Assembly: GCA_051530055.1 (NCBI GenBank)
Contig: CM121342.1
Location: forward strand, 2,080,797 to 2,144,796
Source: Neoechinorhynchus agilis
Taxonomy: Eukaryota > Animalia > Acanthocephala
Length of the DNA: 64,000 nucleotides
Reading direction: 5' to 3'
A model generated the notes under the pieces. The model had not been told where the DNA came from. It saw nothing but the letters and a program-made list of their open reading frames with translations, and made no database searches. Of this stretch, positions 22,412 through 35,600 are shown one piece after another; the stretch's first letter is position 1, and each line of letters begins with the position of its first letter. The position numbers were made by a program, and so were the translations under genes.

Positions 22412-22590
22412 TTAAAATTGCACGACCTGTGGGCAAGATGCCTCGGGCCGAATTATATTGGCCGTGAACTGCAGTCGTCTGCGGCGCAAATATTCACTGG
22501 GCGGTGGGACTCCGGCTCTCTTATAAAGTGCTTTGTTGGTCACTTTATCTGACCATCTGACTTTGAACGCCGCACGTAAGAGAGATGAAT
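22412..22590 (-). mobile_element. RTE-clade LINE 3' coding fragment
   Basis: LLRAAFKVRWSDKVTNKALYKRAGVPPPSEYLRRRRLQF matches the RTE C-terminal W.D.V.N..LY...RRRRL.F motif. Confidence 0.7.
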
Positions 22591-23396
22591 GATTTTGGTC
22601 CAACTTCCTCGTCGCCGTTGGTGACCCATACCCTTTCGACATACCGAAGCCATCGTTTAATCGCTTTGTTTTTGCACAGAAAACTTTTCTCCCAACTCCT
22701 CATATATATCGGCGATTATCGGAGCAAGAGGCGAGCCCGTCGCTACACCGTCCCTCCGATCTACTCAAAGGCAGTCCCCGACGTGCACCACTTCAATACA
22801 TCGGTCCAGGTAGAAACATCCATCTTCACTTCTTCACATTTTTCCGATAGAAACATCGCAGCCATGTTAACTACCTTGCGTAACGGTATGTTTGTAAAAA
22901 GCGAAGAAACGTCTGCCGTAAATAGAGTTCTATCGGTCAATGTCTGACCCTTGATTTCACTAGCGAATGCAATGCCATCACTGATAAACGAGTCCGCCAC
23001 TGGAAGTACATTTTTGGTTAACCTATTGATCTCCTTCGCCAGTTTACGGTTGAACGTCGTATAGCTCGCAATTATAGGCCGAAATTGTAAGTTGGGCTTG
23101 TGGATTTTTGGCAAGAGGTACAAGAAGGCACATTGACTCAATGACGACCGCACTTTCAGATATAAGTCTTCAGGTAATATATTCCGTCTAACAAGGCTTC
23201 TCAAATAATCGTTGAATTGAGTTTCCCTCTTGGTGGTAGGGTCGCTCATGCCACTGAACTTGCCAGACTCCAAGAGTTGCTCGGCAGCTTCTTTGTACTT
23301 GTAAGTATCTACTGCCACTAATGCCCTGCCTTTGTCCGATTTACAGATCGTAATCTCCTCATCTGCTAATACGTTCCTCAGTATCGGCCACTCCTT
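22590..23396 (-). mobile_element. Penelope-like element RT fragment
   Basis: CKSDKGRALV, LYLLPKIHKP, FRPIIAS and ADVSSLFTNIP are typical PLE RT motifs. It joins coiled-coil copy 3 at ttcatcggaaac (~23397). Confidence 0.88.
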
Positions 23397-24681
23397 TTCA
23401 TCGGAAACGGAAAAACATTTAGAAAAAGTTATAAAGCGGAATGAAGAAATGGTTGTCGAGCTCAAGGCTAACGGTCAACCGATAAATGACCTTAAGGCTA
23501 AATTAAATCGACTAAAGGAAATCAACGACCAAAATGAAATTGAAAGAAAAGCAAGAGATCTCCAAATTGCAGAAGTTGAAGCTAAATTGAAAGCCGAAAT
23601 GGACATGGCCGCAAAAGAAGTTGAGCAGTTTTCACAGAAGGAAATAAAATGGAAAACTGATAAGCAATCACTTGAAGTAAAACTTCAAAACATTATGGGA
23701 AAACTCGAACATTTGGAACAATCGAGGAATTTCGAGGAAAATACACGACTTATGGAAAGAAAAGAAGAAAATCTGAGACTTCAGGGTTGTTTGGGAAATG
23801 CCCAATCTGAGATCTGTGATCACAAAACATAATCGGAATCTCTTAATAAGAAATTAAGGGAGAAGAACACGAAACTAGCAGAAAGTTCCATGAAATTAGA
23901 AAATCTCCTGATGCATAATGGGGAATTGTTGGAAAAATTGGAAACTATTCAAAGGAAGTTTGATTGCGTTTTAAGCGAAAATCAAAATCGTTCAATAATT
24001 ATTCAGACGCAAGAAAGTGAAATTAGCACATTGAAGGCAGAACTTCGTGAAAAGGTTTCGGTTTACGCGCGCGAGAAATGGGAAATGATGAAGAAGTTAA
24101 ATGGCCAAATGATTGATGAGCTAAAGAAGAGCAAACTTGAGAAAAACAAGCTTCTGAAAAGGAACAAAGATTTGGACGGCAAACAAGAAAGGTGAGTCTT
24201 GGAGCAACCACAAGAAGAACTAAAGTCCCAAATGTGCAACCAAACAAAGGATTTTGAAGATGCAAATAATCGTCCAAAACATAGACTCAGACTATTTGAA
24301 CGGATGATACGCCGTCTTTTAAATTGGAGAATAGGAAACTCAGAAATAGATAAACTAAGAGGTGACGATCCAGTCGGTACGAATATGCCATTTTCGAACC
24401 TCGTCGACCTGCCCGGGCAATCTTTGGGTCCTGAGAGTACTGCAATATTGCCAAAAAGATTCAATTGTATGTTAATGCAAGATCAAAACTCAACTTCATC
24501 GCAAAACAACTCCACACAAACAAAAGGAGAAAAAAGAACGCCTCCGCGTTCTCAAAGAAGAAGCACAGCAGTTGGTACTCATTCTAAACTTTCCAACGGT
24601 CAATATTCGAGGGCAATTGCAGATGCATTCGATGCAATTCGTCCGGGTAAAAATTACAGTGAAATATGTTGTTTTAAATAA
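23397..24681 (+). pseudogene. Coiled-coil gene copy 3, 3' portion with premature stops and read-through of the normal stop
   Basis: SSETEKHLEKVIKRNEEMVVELKANGQ... matches the intact copy from ~42218. TAA at 23830 and TGA at ~24193. Confidence 0.88.
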
Positions 24682-24929
24682 TTAAAATGCAAATTGTATA
24701 ATAAACGTAATTTATGTATTACTATTTTTCGGGACACGGTTTAAAAACATATGCAATCCCATAAAATTCATTGGGTTTTATATGACCGCTGCTTAAGCTG
24801 AAATGCAAGCTAGAAATTTAAGCAACTCTTAAACTATACGGCGAAAACGGGTACTAATCATTTTCATGATTCTTTTAAAAACCATTATGTTTGCAAATAA
24901 TCTATAAAGGTATCGATGGAAACGGCGGA

Positions 24930-25140
24930 ACATGTTTATCCTCCATTGCTTCGAGGATGCACCCAGCATTCCCTTTCTGAATCGCAAAGCTGATTCTCCA
25001 ATAAAAACAGTGGGCTGCACGGGGTTCCTTGTTGTTGCGGTCAACAATTTTACAACCTTTGTTAAAAATTTTGCGGTGCTTAGTCCGAATGCACCAATTG
25101 TCTCAATGGCGAGAGGTTGGAAAAATGTAGATTCGACGAA
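24930..25140 (-). mobile_element. CRE-like element 3' fragment
   Basis: FFQPLAIETIGAFGLSTAKFL... followed in another frame by RISFAIQKGNAGCILEA (REL-endonuclease tail). Confidence 0.7.
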
Positions 25141-25225
25141 TCGACGCATTTGTATTTTTTCGATCTTCCGTCCTTTTCGCCACTTCACTGGCTCCTGAAA
25201 CTGGAAGGTGTAATTTGCTCTTCGC

Positions 25226-26855
25226 ATCCCAATCGAAACTGGTGGCGTGAAATAAAAAATGTCACTGGTCTTGGTAGATCCACCCCCTTAGCATCTCTCC
25301 TCAAATCTGATCTCCTCTCAATCCTCAACACCATGAATAAAAACCTTTGTCCTCCCAAATCTCCTCTCCATTGTCCCAACCTCCCTTCTTACTTTCGGAC
25401 CCACCCATTCATACATGCCCTTCCTTAGTTTCCTTTCTCGAAATCCTAGAGATCCTTAAACGCCTGCCCCGCCATTCTTCCCCTAATTCGACTATTCCAA
25501 ATTGGGCCATTCGTTTCATCATCCCGGAACTTATCGATCCTCTAACGCACATAACGAACCTTAGCTTTCTATTGGGCTCTTTCCCATCGTGTCTTAAGGA
25601 AGCCCGTGTCGTTCCCCTACCCAAATACAATAAACCGACTTCCCACACATCCTTTCGTCCCATCTCTATCCTCTCACCTTTCTCTAAAATCTTAGAAAAA
25701 TGTTTTAAAACCCGCCTACTTCCCTTCTTCCTCAAAAACATCTCCCCTTCCAAATTCGCTTTCCGTCCTAATTATTCTTGTTCTGATGCCCTCCTCTGCA
25801 TCTAAGATACGCTTGTGCGCAGCTTGGATTCCAACCCAGTATCAACCGTCCGTCTCGTGCAACTGGATGTTTCCAGGGCGTTTGAGTCGGTAGATCACTC
25901 CCTTCTCCTCCAAGCATGTGCTTCCTTTGGCCTCTTAACCTGGCAACTCGCTTGGATTTCCTCTTTCCTCTCCAACCGCAAAACAATACATTCAATGTGG
26001 AACTTCTTGCTCCTCTTCTCTACCCGTATTTAAAGGGGTCCGCAAAGCGCCGTACTTTCCCTCTCCTCTTTGAAATTTTTCTAAATGGCCTTCATCCCCT
26101 CACTCCCCCTACCAAATATTTTCTCTATGCAGATGACCTCACAGTCATTACCGTCGCATCTCCCTCTCTCTCCCTCTCCACAACCATGGACGAGTTCAAC
26201 CATCTCATTTCCTCGCTCTCCGCCCTAAACCTCTCCCTAAATTTATCCAAATCTTTTGAGCTTGTCCCCACATTTCCAAACGCAATCTTATCCCCACGCC
26301 TCTCCCTCTCACCATCCAATGCTACTCTTCTCTCCGAATACTGAGCCTGACTTTACAAGAAAACCTTAAATGGGATGCCCACATTTCGTTTACACTCTCT
26401 AAAACAAGCCCTCGTTTTTACCTCCTCAAACTCCTCCGGCGTCTCGGCGTTTCCTCTAAACACCTTGCCCACTTTTATTTCTCTGCCATCCTCCCAATCC
26501 TTACATACGCCTTCCCCACTTTCCTCGCCCTTTCCGCCAATGCTCTCCATTCCCTCGAAACCTTCCACAAGGGAGCATCGAGAATATGCGGGACTTCACC
26601 CCTTCCCCTCGACGCCCACCTCCACTCCATTTTCTCTAAAAACGCCCTCCGTCTTCTTCAACCCCCACCACAATTTTCTTCCCTCATCTCTAAATACTCT
26701 TCCCCCAAGCCCAATCTTTCTTTAACAACCGGAGAACAAGGAAAGACTCCCAATCGGTCATTCTCCTGTAAAACTCCAAAGACAAATCCCACCTCCCTGC
26801 CTCAACATCCGACATCCAGACAACTTCAGCAAAGATAGATGCTGGCAAGTGTTGT
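25226..26855 (+). mobile_element. 5'-truncated CR1/L2-like LINE (RT), decayed
   Basis: ARVVPLPK...SFRPISILSPFSKILEK, LDVSRAFESVDH, YADDL. Absent from the paralogous position near 43998-44085. Confidence 0.88.
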
Positions 26856-27189
26856 TTAAATGGACTGGCTCGATCGGAGACCAAAGTCCTTCTTATTCGA
26901 GTATTCACTATGCTGTGACAATTTGCGTGCCCATCGGTTTTGGGCAATCGAACCCGTTGGTTCTCATGCTATCAGTCTTGGTCCCGCTCTTGCATATCTC
27001 AGGGATTGAGTAAGCTACGCCTAGGCCTAGTCCCAACGCGAGACTAAAGGAACAGTCATCCATTTTAGCGATAATTTCGACAGTATCAATGTTTATCATC
27101 TAAAATACTAACACAGAAGTGTTATCCTGTATACTAGTTATTATCATGCGATATGATCGAGAAACCCCTGTTTCTGGACTCTTTGTCCG

Positions 27190-28090
27190 CTAAAACCTCT
27201 GAAGAAGAGCACCATTGCTTCCTCATTGGCAATTTCAAGCTGATGCTCGTTTTTTGGCTTCCATAGGTTGAACTAAGCATTCTATTTTGATGGCTTCCAT
27301 TATTAACTGATTTCGTAAATTAGGTTGTACGCTTATCACATTCACGTCATCAAAATCAATTTGATGTTCGCAATTCACCCTGTGATTGGCTATTGCTGAG
27401 GAAGCATCGTAACGCCTACATGCATATCTGTGCTCTGCGATCCTTTTGCTGAGTCCTTGTTTGGTCTGTCCCGCATATTTGGCTAGACAGTCTTTGCAAC
27501 GGACATCGAATACAACTTGATATTGCTCACATTTTGACTTATTTTTAAGGATGACTGCGAGGTTCTCTTCTTTTGTATTGAACAGAAAGATTGTTTTGTC
27601 CAAGTTTCGCAAATCTCGATTAAGTACGGATTGAAGTTTGTTATTCACTAATTTAATTCCTATATATTTTGGTTTTTCATTCACCGAACATTTAATGATT
27701 CTTTTCTCTTGTCTATTAGCGATGTTCTTGGCTTTGTGGTAATTTTTTTATCGCCGATTCAGAATAACCCCTAGCTCTCAAAACTTGAGTAATGAGACGT
27801 ATTTCAACCGTTCTTAACTTGTTAGTTGATCATATTCTATAGGATCTTAGAAACAGTGACACAGCTGTAGATCTCTTAAAGGACTCCGGATTGTGTCTAA
27901 GACCAATGCGAAGGATACCAGGCTAAATTTGGTTTTCTGGACACACTTTATTCTATCATTTGTAAGGAAGGTAGATGACGACTAACCTTAACACCAAGGA
28001 AATTGATAGTAACCTGCTCACACTCTTCCGCTGTTACAGCCAATTTGATGTTGTTATGTATGGAATGCAACAACTTTTTTAAATTGTTGA
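27190..28090 (-). mobile_element. Penelope-like element: RT C-terminus and GIY-YIG endonuclease
   Basis: VVFDVRCKDCLAKYAGQTKQGLSKRIAEH...IMEAIKI (GIY-YIG) and LHSIHNNIKL...INFLGVKV (RT thumb). Confidence 0.85.
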
Positions 28091-28098
28091 ACTCGACG

Positions 28099-28405
28099 GT
28101 GTGCGCGTTCATAATGCGCTCGATATGTCGATAGTTCAACGCCACCGATCGCCGGGTTCCACGGGTGTGCGAGACTACTGGAAGGGTGGGGTCAGGTTCG
28201 AGATCACCCATCGGCCCCAAAAAGTGGGTTGGCTCTGGCCTTCGAGTGCGGCTAAATGCATCCGATGTGTGCAAGTCAGCCGAAAAGCTCCCAAAAAAAG
28301 GAATATAGCCGAAAGTCTCAAACGAAGATGTCTCAAGACCAATCAATCAATATGAGGAACATAACCATGCGTATGTCTGACTGTAAGGATAAATAAATAA
28401 AAAAA
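28099..28405 (+). other. Poly(A)-tailed ~310-bp insertion interrupting the Penelope RT
   Basis: Absent from the paralog near 46600; ends in aaataaataaaaaaa (AATAAA plus an A run). Confidence 0.5.
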
Positions 28406-28595
28406 TCTGCTGAACAATGGGGCGATCTATAAAACGTCGGTTATGAGTATCATTAAGGATCACCGCGTCAACCACCGACACCTTCGCACTCAATTCGCTT
28501 TCTGATTCTAACGCTGTACAATCTCAAAAATGTGACTATTCCTGGTGTGCTGGTCTTATGTACAAGTTGATTTTCGCAAAAGACTAACGCTCTTA

Positions 28596-29042
28596 CTAAT
28601 CTTCTTCAGATTCACTATCATCCATCTGAACTCCTTCGTATTGCCGAAACAGTTCACCAGGTTGAATCGCTCCCCATCCTTCCGGCCTTGGTGGCAGATA
28701 CAAGCGATATGGATTTGCACTATCAGCAAAACGATTCAACCGAGGCAGTGCATTAATAACGTAAGCTGTAAAAATGTCTCTATCCTGCACAAAAGGTACC
28801 GCAGATTCAGTTCGGGTGCCAATTGACCCGTTAATTTCTCTTATTTGTTGACGTCGCCGATGTCGAAACCAATTTTCAATGGAAAATAGAGTTCTCCTCA
28901 TTCCAACAGCTATTCTTGCCAAATCTAGAGTCGTGGGCATTGGTTCCATTTTGAACATTCTCTCAAGGATATTAACTTCATCTTCCACAAATCCGTTTAT
29001 GGCTTGATTAATGTCACTGTTACCACTGCCACGAGAAACCAT
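28596..29042 (-). CDS. Divergent homeobox protein, copy 2 (complete, 148 aa from ATG 29042)
   Basis: Canonically spaced 60-aa homeodomain with atypical helix 3 WFRHRR (R50, H51) and an acidic C-terminus MDDSESEED. The ORF-track start at 29087 is a TTG. Confidence 0.75.
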   Translation of the reverse strand: MVSRGSGNSDINQAINGFVEDEVNILERMFKMEPMPTTLDLARIAVGMRRTLFSIENWFRHRRRQQIREINGSIGTRTESAVPFVQDRDIFTAYVINALPRLNRFADSANPYRLYLPPRPEGWGAIQPGELFRQYEGVQMDDSESEED

Positions 29043-29156
29043 CGCGATCAAGGTGACTAGTCGCGTGTATCGAAAAATATATCCCAAGTCGACCTATTCG
29101 ATATCGACCGTTCATATAGTCTTGATTGTAGGCTTTGGTTTTCTAGAAAACAATGA

Positions 29157-29527
29157 CAGCTTCAAAGTTTAAAACACTGACGATTGTTTTTTGCCAGCAG
29201 TCGACGCCATATAAACCAACAGGTCGAATCACTTTTCGATATATTTTAGAGATTTGATACGAACTTTCATATATGGATCGCACATAGCACGTCACTTGTT
29301 CAAAACATCATTGATTCTCGTATTCATCTCAGCTATACGGGAACCGTCAGCCGAGAGTATTGATCCAAGGTATTTAAAGTTATCTGTTCCGTCTATATTT
29401 ATTTTGCCCGGTTTCAATCTGAACAGTCGCTCCAGATACTTCGTCTTCCGGAAGTTCCAACGCAGCCCAAACAGTGCTAAACGGTCAATCCTTTACTGGA
29501 CTTGATTTGTAAAATTCGTCTTGTCGT
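29157..29527 (-). mobile_element. RTE RT fragment (copy 2)
   Basis: Identical to 560-930. Confidence 0.72.
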
Positions 29528-30659
29528 TTTTTGCCACGAAAACATAATCTACCCAACAATCTCAACAGCTATTGAATCTCGCTAAGCTGAAAAATTGCTT
29601 AAATCCTATTTTCAGTATTTGGACATATTGCTCGTATTTTTTTAAGTTAAAAATATATATCAATATTGCAGAATATTGGTTTAATGTTATACATAACTGT
29701 TAAATGTTTATAAATGATTGGGAAATGTGAGCAATGCGTCCAAGTACGAAAAGGGATTCGAGCACAATTTCAGGGAAGCGACATTTTGAAATTGATATCG
29801 TTTTTTCTGCCGCAACGCCATCAATAAAGTAATTTTTAGGCCTGATTACTTTCGAGTGGTGGCGGTTATGGCATTCGACGATGTTCGCATAACAGTGGCC
29901 AGTTCGTACTTGCGGATGTGAGAAACAGCACTGCACTTTTAGACCGATAAACTCGGAAAACTGTATTGAACTTCGGGTGTCGTAGTCAGAACGCTGTGGA
30001 AGGAACAAAATAATCGTCTAATGTAGTTCAAAGGGGTACAGTTTGAAGCGAAGGTGAAAAATCCATTTTATTGGAAGGACGGTCGACCGACACCGCAATC
30101 GGTGCAACTCGAGAAGTCATTCAGAGAATCGAACAGAGGAGAATTGCGAATTGGTAGCCTATCGCGTGCGCAAAACTCCGATGAAGAGAAAGCGGCCAAT
30201 TACATTGAACGAGAAAGATTTTGAGCGATTCTCAAATTCGAATTATTCTCAAATTAAATCTATAATGCGCCAAAGAAGCGAATTAGAAAAAAGGATTTCA
30301 ACTCTTATCCGATTTGTGACACACTCGAACTAATCGAAGACGTTAGACGAATTGATCCAAAGACATTAACATGGTAAGCTAATCAAACTGTCAACAGTCA
30401 ACCCAGTCTCACGGAACATTTAAATTGGATCCTTTGCATTTGCGAAGTGGCTCGCGGCCACTTACAGTTACTGTCTTTTTGCTAAGTTAGTTTAGAAAAT
30501 ATAACGAATAAATGATTAGCCGTCAACTTCGTATAATAGACAAACAACTCATGAATTTTATTTCGACAATATCCGAGTTTGTCGATTGGTATAATGTTAA
30601 ACGATAAATGGAACAACAAATCTATGGGAAAATTTGCCAAAAACACCTTGGTGATCGTT

Positions 30660-31840
30660 TGGTCGACTTGTTGTTCCACTCGCCACTTGGAACACGATTT
30701 TTGACGCTTTGCATCAATGTCATCCGGGTTGTGCATCAATGAAAGCCCTCGCTAGAATGTTTTTATGGTTCCCAAGGATGAATAAAGCTATCGATGACAT
30801 CGCTAGACGTTGCGGAAAATGTCAAGAAGTGAAACCTCAACAGCCTGAGGTCGATTTAATACCATGGGACATGCCACAAAGACCCTGGGAACGTGTTCAG
30901 ATAGATTATGCAGAGCCAATAAAAAATAACACATGGTTAATCGTCGTAGATGCGTTCACCAAATGGCCCGAAGTAGTCGAAGTAAGGTCGACCGATGCCG
31001 TCGCGCTAGTGATGGAGATGCGTCGCCTCTTCTGTAGATTCGGCCTACGAAAGCGAGTAGTGATGGATAACGGAGCAAGTTTTCGCGGTGAACATTATAA
31101 AGGTTTCTTGATACGAAACGGTATCAAGCCCATTACTCCACTCCATACCACCCGAGGACTAACGGCCAGGCAGAACGGTTCGTGCGGACAGTCAAAGATA
31201 GGGTATTCAAGTGTCATCCACGATCAGAGTTCGAGAAAGCGTTGCAGCAATTCCAACTCAGTTGCCGCAATTGTCCTCAGACAGAAACAGAAAATAAGTC
31301 CGGCGATGGCCATGTTAGGTCGACTTCTCAAGGTGATCCTCAACAATATTCGCCGCGATGAACGAGAACGTGTTGCAGAACGAAAAGAGAATTTGAAAAC
31401 ACATCACGATCGACAATCAAGTTGGAGACAATTTGAAGAAAATCAACCGGTATGGTTTAGGGCACAGAAAGGGCACAAATGGGAAATCGGTAACATTGTA
31501 AATGGAACAGGACCAGTATCCTATCAAGTCGAATCGAACGACACTCTCTCCAGGAGGCATGTCGATCATTTGAGACCGGCGACAACCGAGGATGATATGC
31601 GCAACCAATCATATGTAGGGCAACCGACCGAGGATCTTTCACGATCAGAAGAGGGAACCGATAATCAAAATTCATCATCGCCAAGGAGAGAGATGGTCGA
31701 AATTCCGGGGCGTAGCGAGCGAGTTCGAAGACCCTCGAATTGGCTCAAGGATTACGTGACATAATCCTCAAATAAAGGGGGAGGATTGTTGTGTAGTCGA
31801 TCGATAAACGCGACGATCGATAGTAGTTATTATGCGGTGT
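30660..31840 (+). mobile_element. 5'-truncated gypsy family 1 integrase/PPT/LTR fragment (copy 2)
   Basis: Identical to 2063-3243; ORF 30709-31764. Confidence 0.9.
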
Positions 31841-31990
31841 TATTATTATTTCACGCCTCATACACACAATCAATCTCTTAATTCCTCTTTCTTGCTAGAT
31901 CTAATATGTCTCGGGCCCAAGATGGCTGTGAGTTGTGGGACGATCTCTTAAATCCCCTCACAGCAGCCTCGAAAACCCTTCTTTTAATTC

Positions 31991-32790
31991 TTAAGTAATA
32001 ATCCTTTTCTTGTCCTGATCCTGTAAAAAAGAGAATAACATGAGAAAATCACTTACCTCATTCCTGTTAAGTATATTAGTTTGATTAATGGGTAAAAAAC
32101 TAGATGGTTTATTGAAAAAGATTCTAAGAATTGAGGAGTTGTAATTAAAGTATTTACAGCTAGAATAACAATAAGAATAAAACCAAATTTTAGACAAAAA
32201 AATTCTTGTTAAAAAGGAAAAAAGGGGTTCCGTATCAATATTATTTTTAATAAGAATACTGCTAAGCTTATTCAGCATAGTAAGATAAAATGATAGTCTG
32301 TTTTCTGAGGGCCGGCCTCGTGCGAAAAAGCATATTGAACCCCCTAGAAATATTTTTAACACTTTAGAAATAAAAGGTGGGGAAATTGATAACCTTTTGG
32401 CTCTTTTGATAAAAATATCTGTTTTTGTCAGAAGACTTTTAAAGGAAGAGTTTATAAAAATTCTGTGATTTTTACAGGGGAAATCAACACCTAAAATCTT
32501 GGAATGTGATCTAAAATTGATATTAGGGAAATTGAAATTAGAAGATAATTCATTAATTAGAAGCTTCCTCGAAGCCAAAGTTTTAGTCAGTGGAATAAAG
32601 AAAGTTTTGTTATTGTTTGTAACTAAATTGGCTTTCCTAAGTTCCGACGACAAAGATTGCATAAAATTGGCTATATTATTCGTTAGAATAGAAGATGTTC
32701 TAGCTTTACAAAATAAGAATATATCATCCGCATAAACTAAAGGAAATATGGAAGATGATTTCTTTAAATTTTTGAAAAAATGTTCATACA
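31991..32790 (-). mobile_element. 5'-truncated LINE RT 3' half (same family as 35600-38272)
   Basis: FPLVYADDIFLF, SKILGVDF, and C-terminal FFARGRPSENRL paralogous to FFSRGRPPEQRL at 37565-38272. Confidence 0.8.
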
Positions 32791-35600
32791 CACACATCAA
32801 TGTTTTGCGACCGGAGGATGGCATAAGGCAATCCAACTCACTGAAAATTAAGGTACCTCCGGACATACGGAGGCACCTTCTCAGTGATCGTTCAGAGGGT
32901 GACACACGGCCACCCACAAAGCGTCAAACTTCATCTTCAATAGGTGATACACACAAAATTATATACTTCGATCGGCCCGTTAAAAAGGACGATTACGTAT
33001 CCGAAATATCTGCGATTCCAATCGCATCAAAGGAAGTCACATGAGGATGTTTCCTCAAACCATGGCTGAACACAACGAAGGATAGTATACTAAGAATCAG
33101 ATCAACTTCATTCTAGAATGGTACTTTAAAAATTGTCTTCGTCAACAAAACTGAAATGGACGACTTCGAATCCTTTGTGAAGGGTCGGCACGACGAAAAA
33201 AAATTCAACATTCAATCCTTCCGCAACAAAGCAACTTTCATTGCTCACAACATTGGGAGTTTATCTTCGCCTGATACGATTCAAGACTTTGAGATTAAAT
33301 TTTTCTTCAAATCCAGGAAGACGGGAAAGGCAATTCCAGTGGGAATAGTTGAAACCGACATGGATCAAATGGAAACTCTTTGCTCCCGCAAATGGATATT
33401 CCAGTGTATGGAAATCACATTCACAAAAAATTCAAATACAGAATCAAATCTCGTGTACCCCACAATGCCACATATGCCTACAGTGGGGACACTGGAATCA
33501 AAACTGTCCCAATAGAACCCAAAAATGTTGCTTCTGTGCTGAGAATCACCACATATCCTCATGCACAAATAAAACAAGCAAATGTGCCAATTGTGGTGGA
33601 TCGCACCGAAGTTATTATAAAGGATGTTCATGCTTTAAAGCTTACGTGAAGGCCTGGAAAGCGGACTCCGAATTAAAAAGAAATTCGAACAATATAAAAA
33701 TCGCCCCATCAACACCCTCCTATCATACGAGTAAGATTACGGTTTCGAATAACGCCGGAAATCCATCCCAACCCGTCTGTAATGAAGAGGAGATATGCCA
33801 AAGAATCTTTGACAAAGTCCTACATGAAGTTACTCATCGGATATCAACACTTTTCAACAACCTGCAGAAACAAATCGCTCAACAAATACAAAATTTACTC
33901 GCCATCACGATTCCGATTATAAATCCCGACACCGAATAACAATAACCTAGCAGCACCAGATTCGAATAAGTTCAGCAGTAACCCACCTGCAACGGCCAAT
34001 CCATACAGAGGAAAGAGACAACCGACTAAAGCTAGTAAAGCAGGTGGAAAAAACTTTCGTCGCTCGATAAATGAAGGAAAAAACAAATTCATCACTAGCG
34101 ACTCTGACGCTGTGATGGATGTTGTAGAATGACGATGAGTTGGTACTCGCCAACGCCGCTTAACCTGCACTGCTTACCGGGTGGAGCCGCGGCTCTAAAC
34201 AGGTTTAATATTTTTACTTACATCACAGAAGATATTATCTGTATTCAAGAGGCCAAAAAGGCTGCAGTAGGATCCTATGTTTTACCACAAGCATTTTTAC
34301 TAAAATACGATGTTTTCCCAACATTTCCGTTGAATCATTACTGTAGCGGTCTCTTAACGATCTTTAAAAAACATCTTTCAGCGTCGCTGATCCAAAATTA
34401 CATTAGTGAAAATCTTTCCTTTGCCATTTTTAAAATTCACGCGAACGGAAAGGAGTGTATGCTGATTGGCAACATTTACGTACGTCCTAAATTTATCCAT
34501 AAGAAAGATACGAAGGACATCATTTGTAACCTTTTAAGCTTGGGCAACATCTCTTTATTTGGTGATTTTAACGACCCTACAGGAAAATGGACGAAAGCTA
34601 TAGCAAATGGAGAGGGGTTTCATGTATTTTTAACACCCACCCAACCCACATTTCACAGGAAATCGAGTAATGTCATATATCATTGTCTTCGGGGCTATGT
34701 CCCATCCAACCGACAGGAAAGCATTACAGTTGCAAAACAATGCGATTTATCGGAAGCATGCTATCATGATCTTATAACATGGTACTTATCCAGCGACAAG
34801 TCTTTAAGCCGCAGATTAAGGTTTTCGCCCATTAACGTAGCTTTTTTCAATTTCGCCATTAAACGCTCCCTTCACGAATTTCTCAATCTCCAGGAATGGA
34901 ATTTTTTACTTTTTAATCTCTCAAACAAATTTTTGTCTATTCCCAATCATTTTTCAAGAGGAGCAGTTACCTCAAACTATCTTAAATACTGTGCATCCCA
35001 AATTAAATAAGCTAACATGCATCAGGATGCCCCCATGCAAAAGTTTTGGTCCAACAAATACTGGGCTTGCAATTATAATCTGCATTTGCAACAACATCGT
35101 AGAGTAATGAAGAATCTTTCCTCCTCTACGAAATCCTTTTGGCGGGTTTTGAAGAATTCTAAATTTATCAAATGGAAGGACAAAGCTTCAAGATGGATCA
35201 GGTCTTCATCGTATAAGGTGGTATTGTACGACATTTTAGGCAAACTCTCCGTTGGAGCAACAAATGTTTCCCCTACTAATGATTGGCTAACCCTCCCACT
35301 ATTGTGATCATTAAATGAAGGAGATTTGCATATGGATGATATTTTAAAAGCACGGGGAAGTATGATGAACTTGTCATCAAATAGTTTTTGTGCTTCTAGT
35401 AAATGCCTAAGGTATATAGAACCTTCAATCCGACCCCTAATCGCCTTTTGTATGCTTAGAGCATCTAGACATGATTGGTTGAGCATTAACCTGGCACGGA
35501 GAATTCTTCTCGTAATAGCCAAAAAGAAGGTGGTCAATTCCTCCTCAGATCTTAGGCCAATTTCCATTCAGAACGCCCTAGTATCTCTTTATGAGAAAGC
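32790..35600 (+). mobile_element. Two-ORF LINE (I/Jockey-type ORF1 with three CCHC knuckles; APE and start of RT), 3'-truncated and decayed
   Basis: CHICLQWGHWNQNC / CCFCAENHHISSC / CANCGGSHRSYYKGC; APE DIICIQE, IGNIYVRP, LFGDFND; RT start DLRPISIQNALV. Confidence 0.85.

Larger units (their letters stand above)
17510..24830. repeat. Imperfect palindrome: head-to-head coiled-coil gene copies 1 (minus) and 3 (plus)
   Basis: 20640-20920 is the reverse complement of ~21635-21860 (promoter arms), and 17510-18990 is the reverse complement of ~23397-24830 (3' coding region and flank). Confidence 0.85.
23397..30660 (+). repeat. Large direct segmental duplication of ~42218-49022 (coiled-coil 3' end, CRE remnant, Penelope, homeobox block), with copy-specific TE insertions
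   Basis: Colinear matches: 24660-25225 to 43470-43997; 26856-27068 to 44086-44299; 27068-27680 to 45808-46385; 28406-30660 to 46612-49022. Confidence 0.9.

Noticed and set aside
22761-23465. 234-aa ORF and overlapping 166-aa ORF (23332-23832) as true fusion genes
   Set aside because: They are chance read-throughs across the Penelope/coiled-coil junction at ~23397, on opposite strands.
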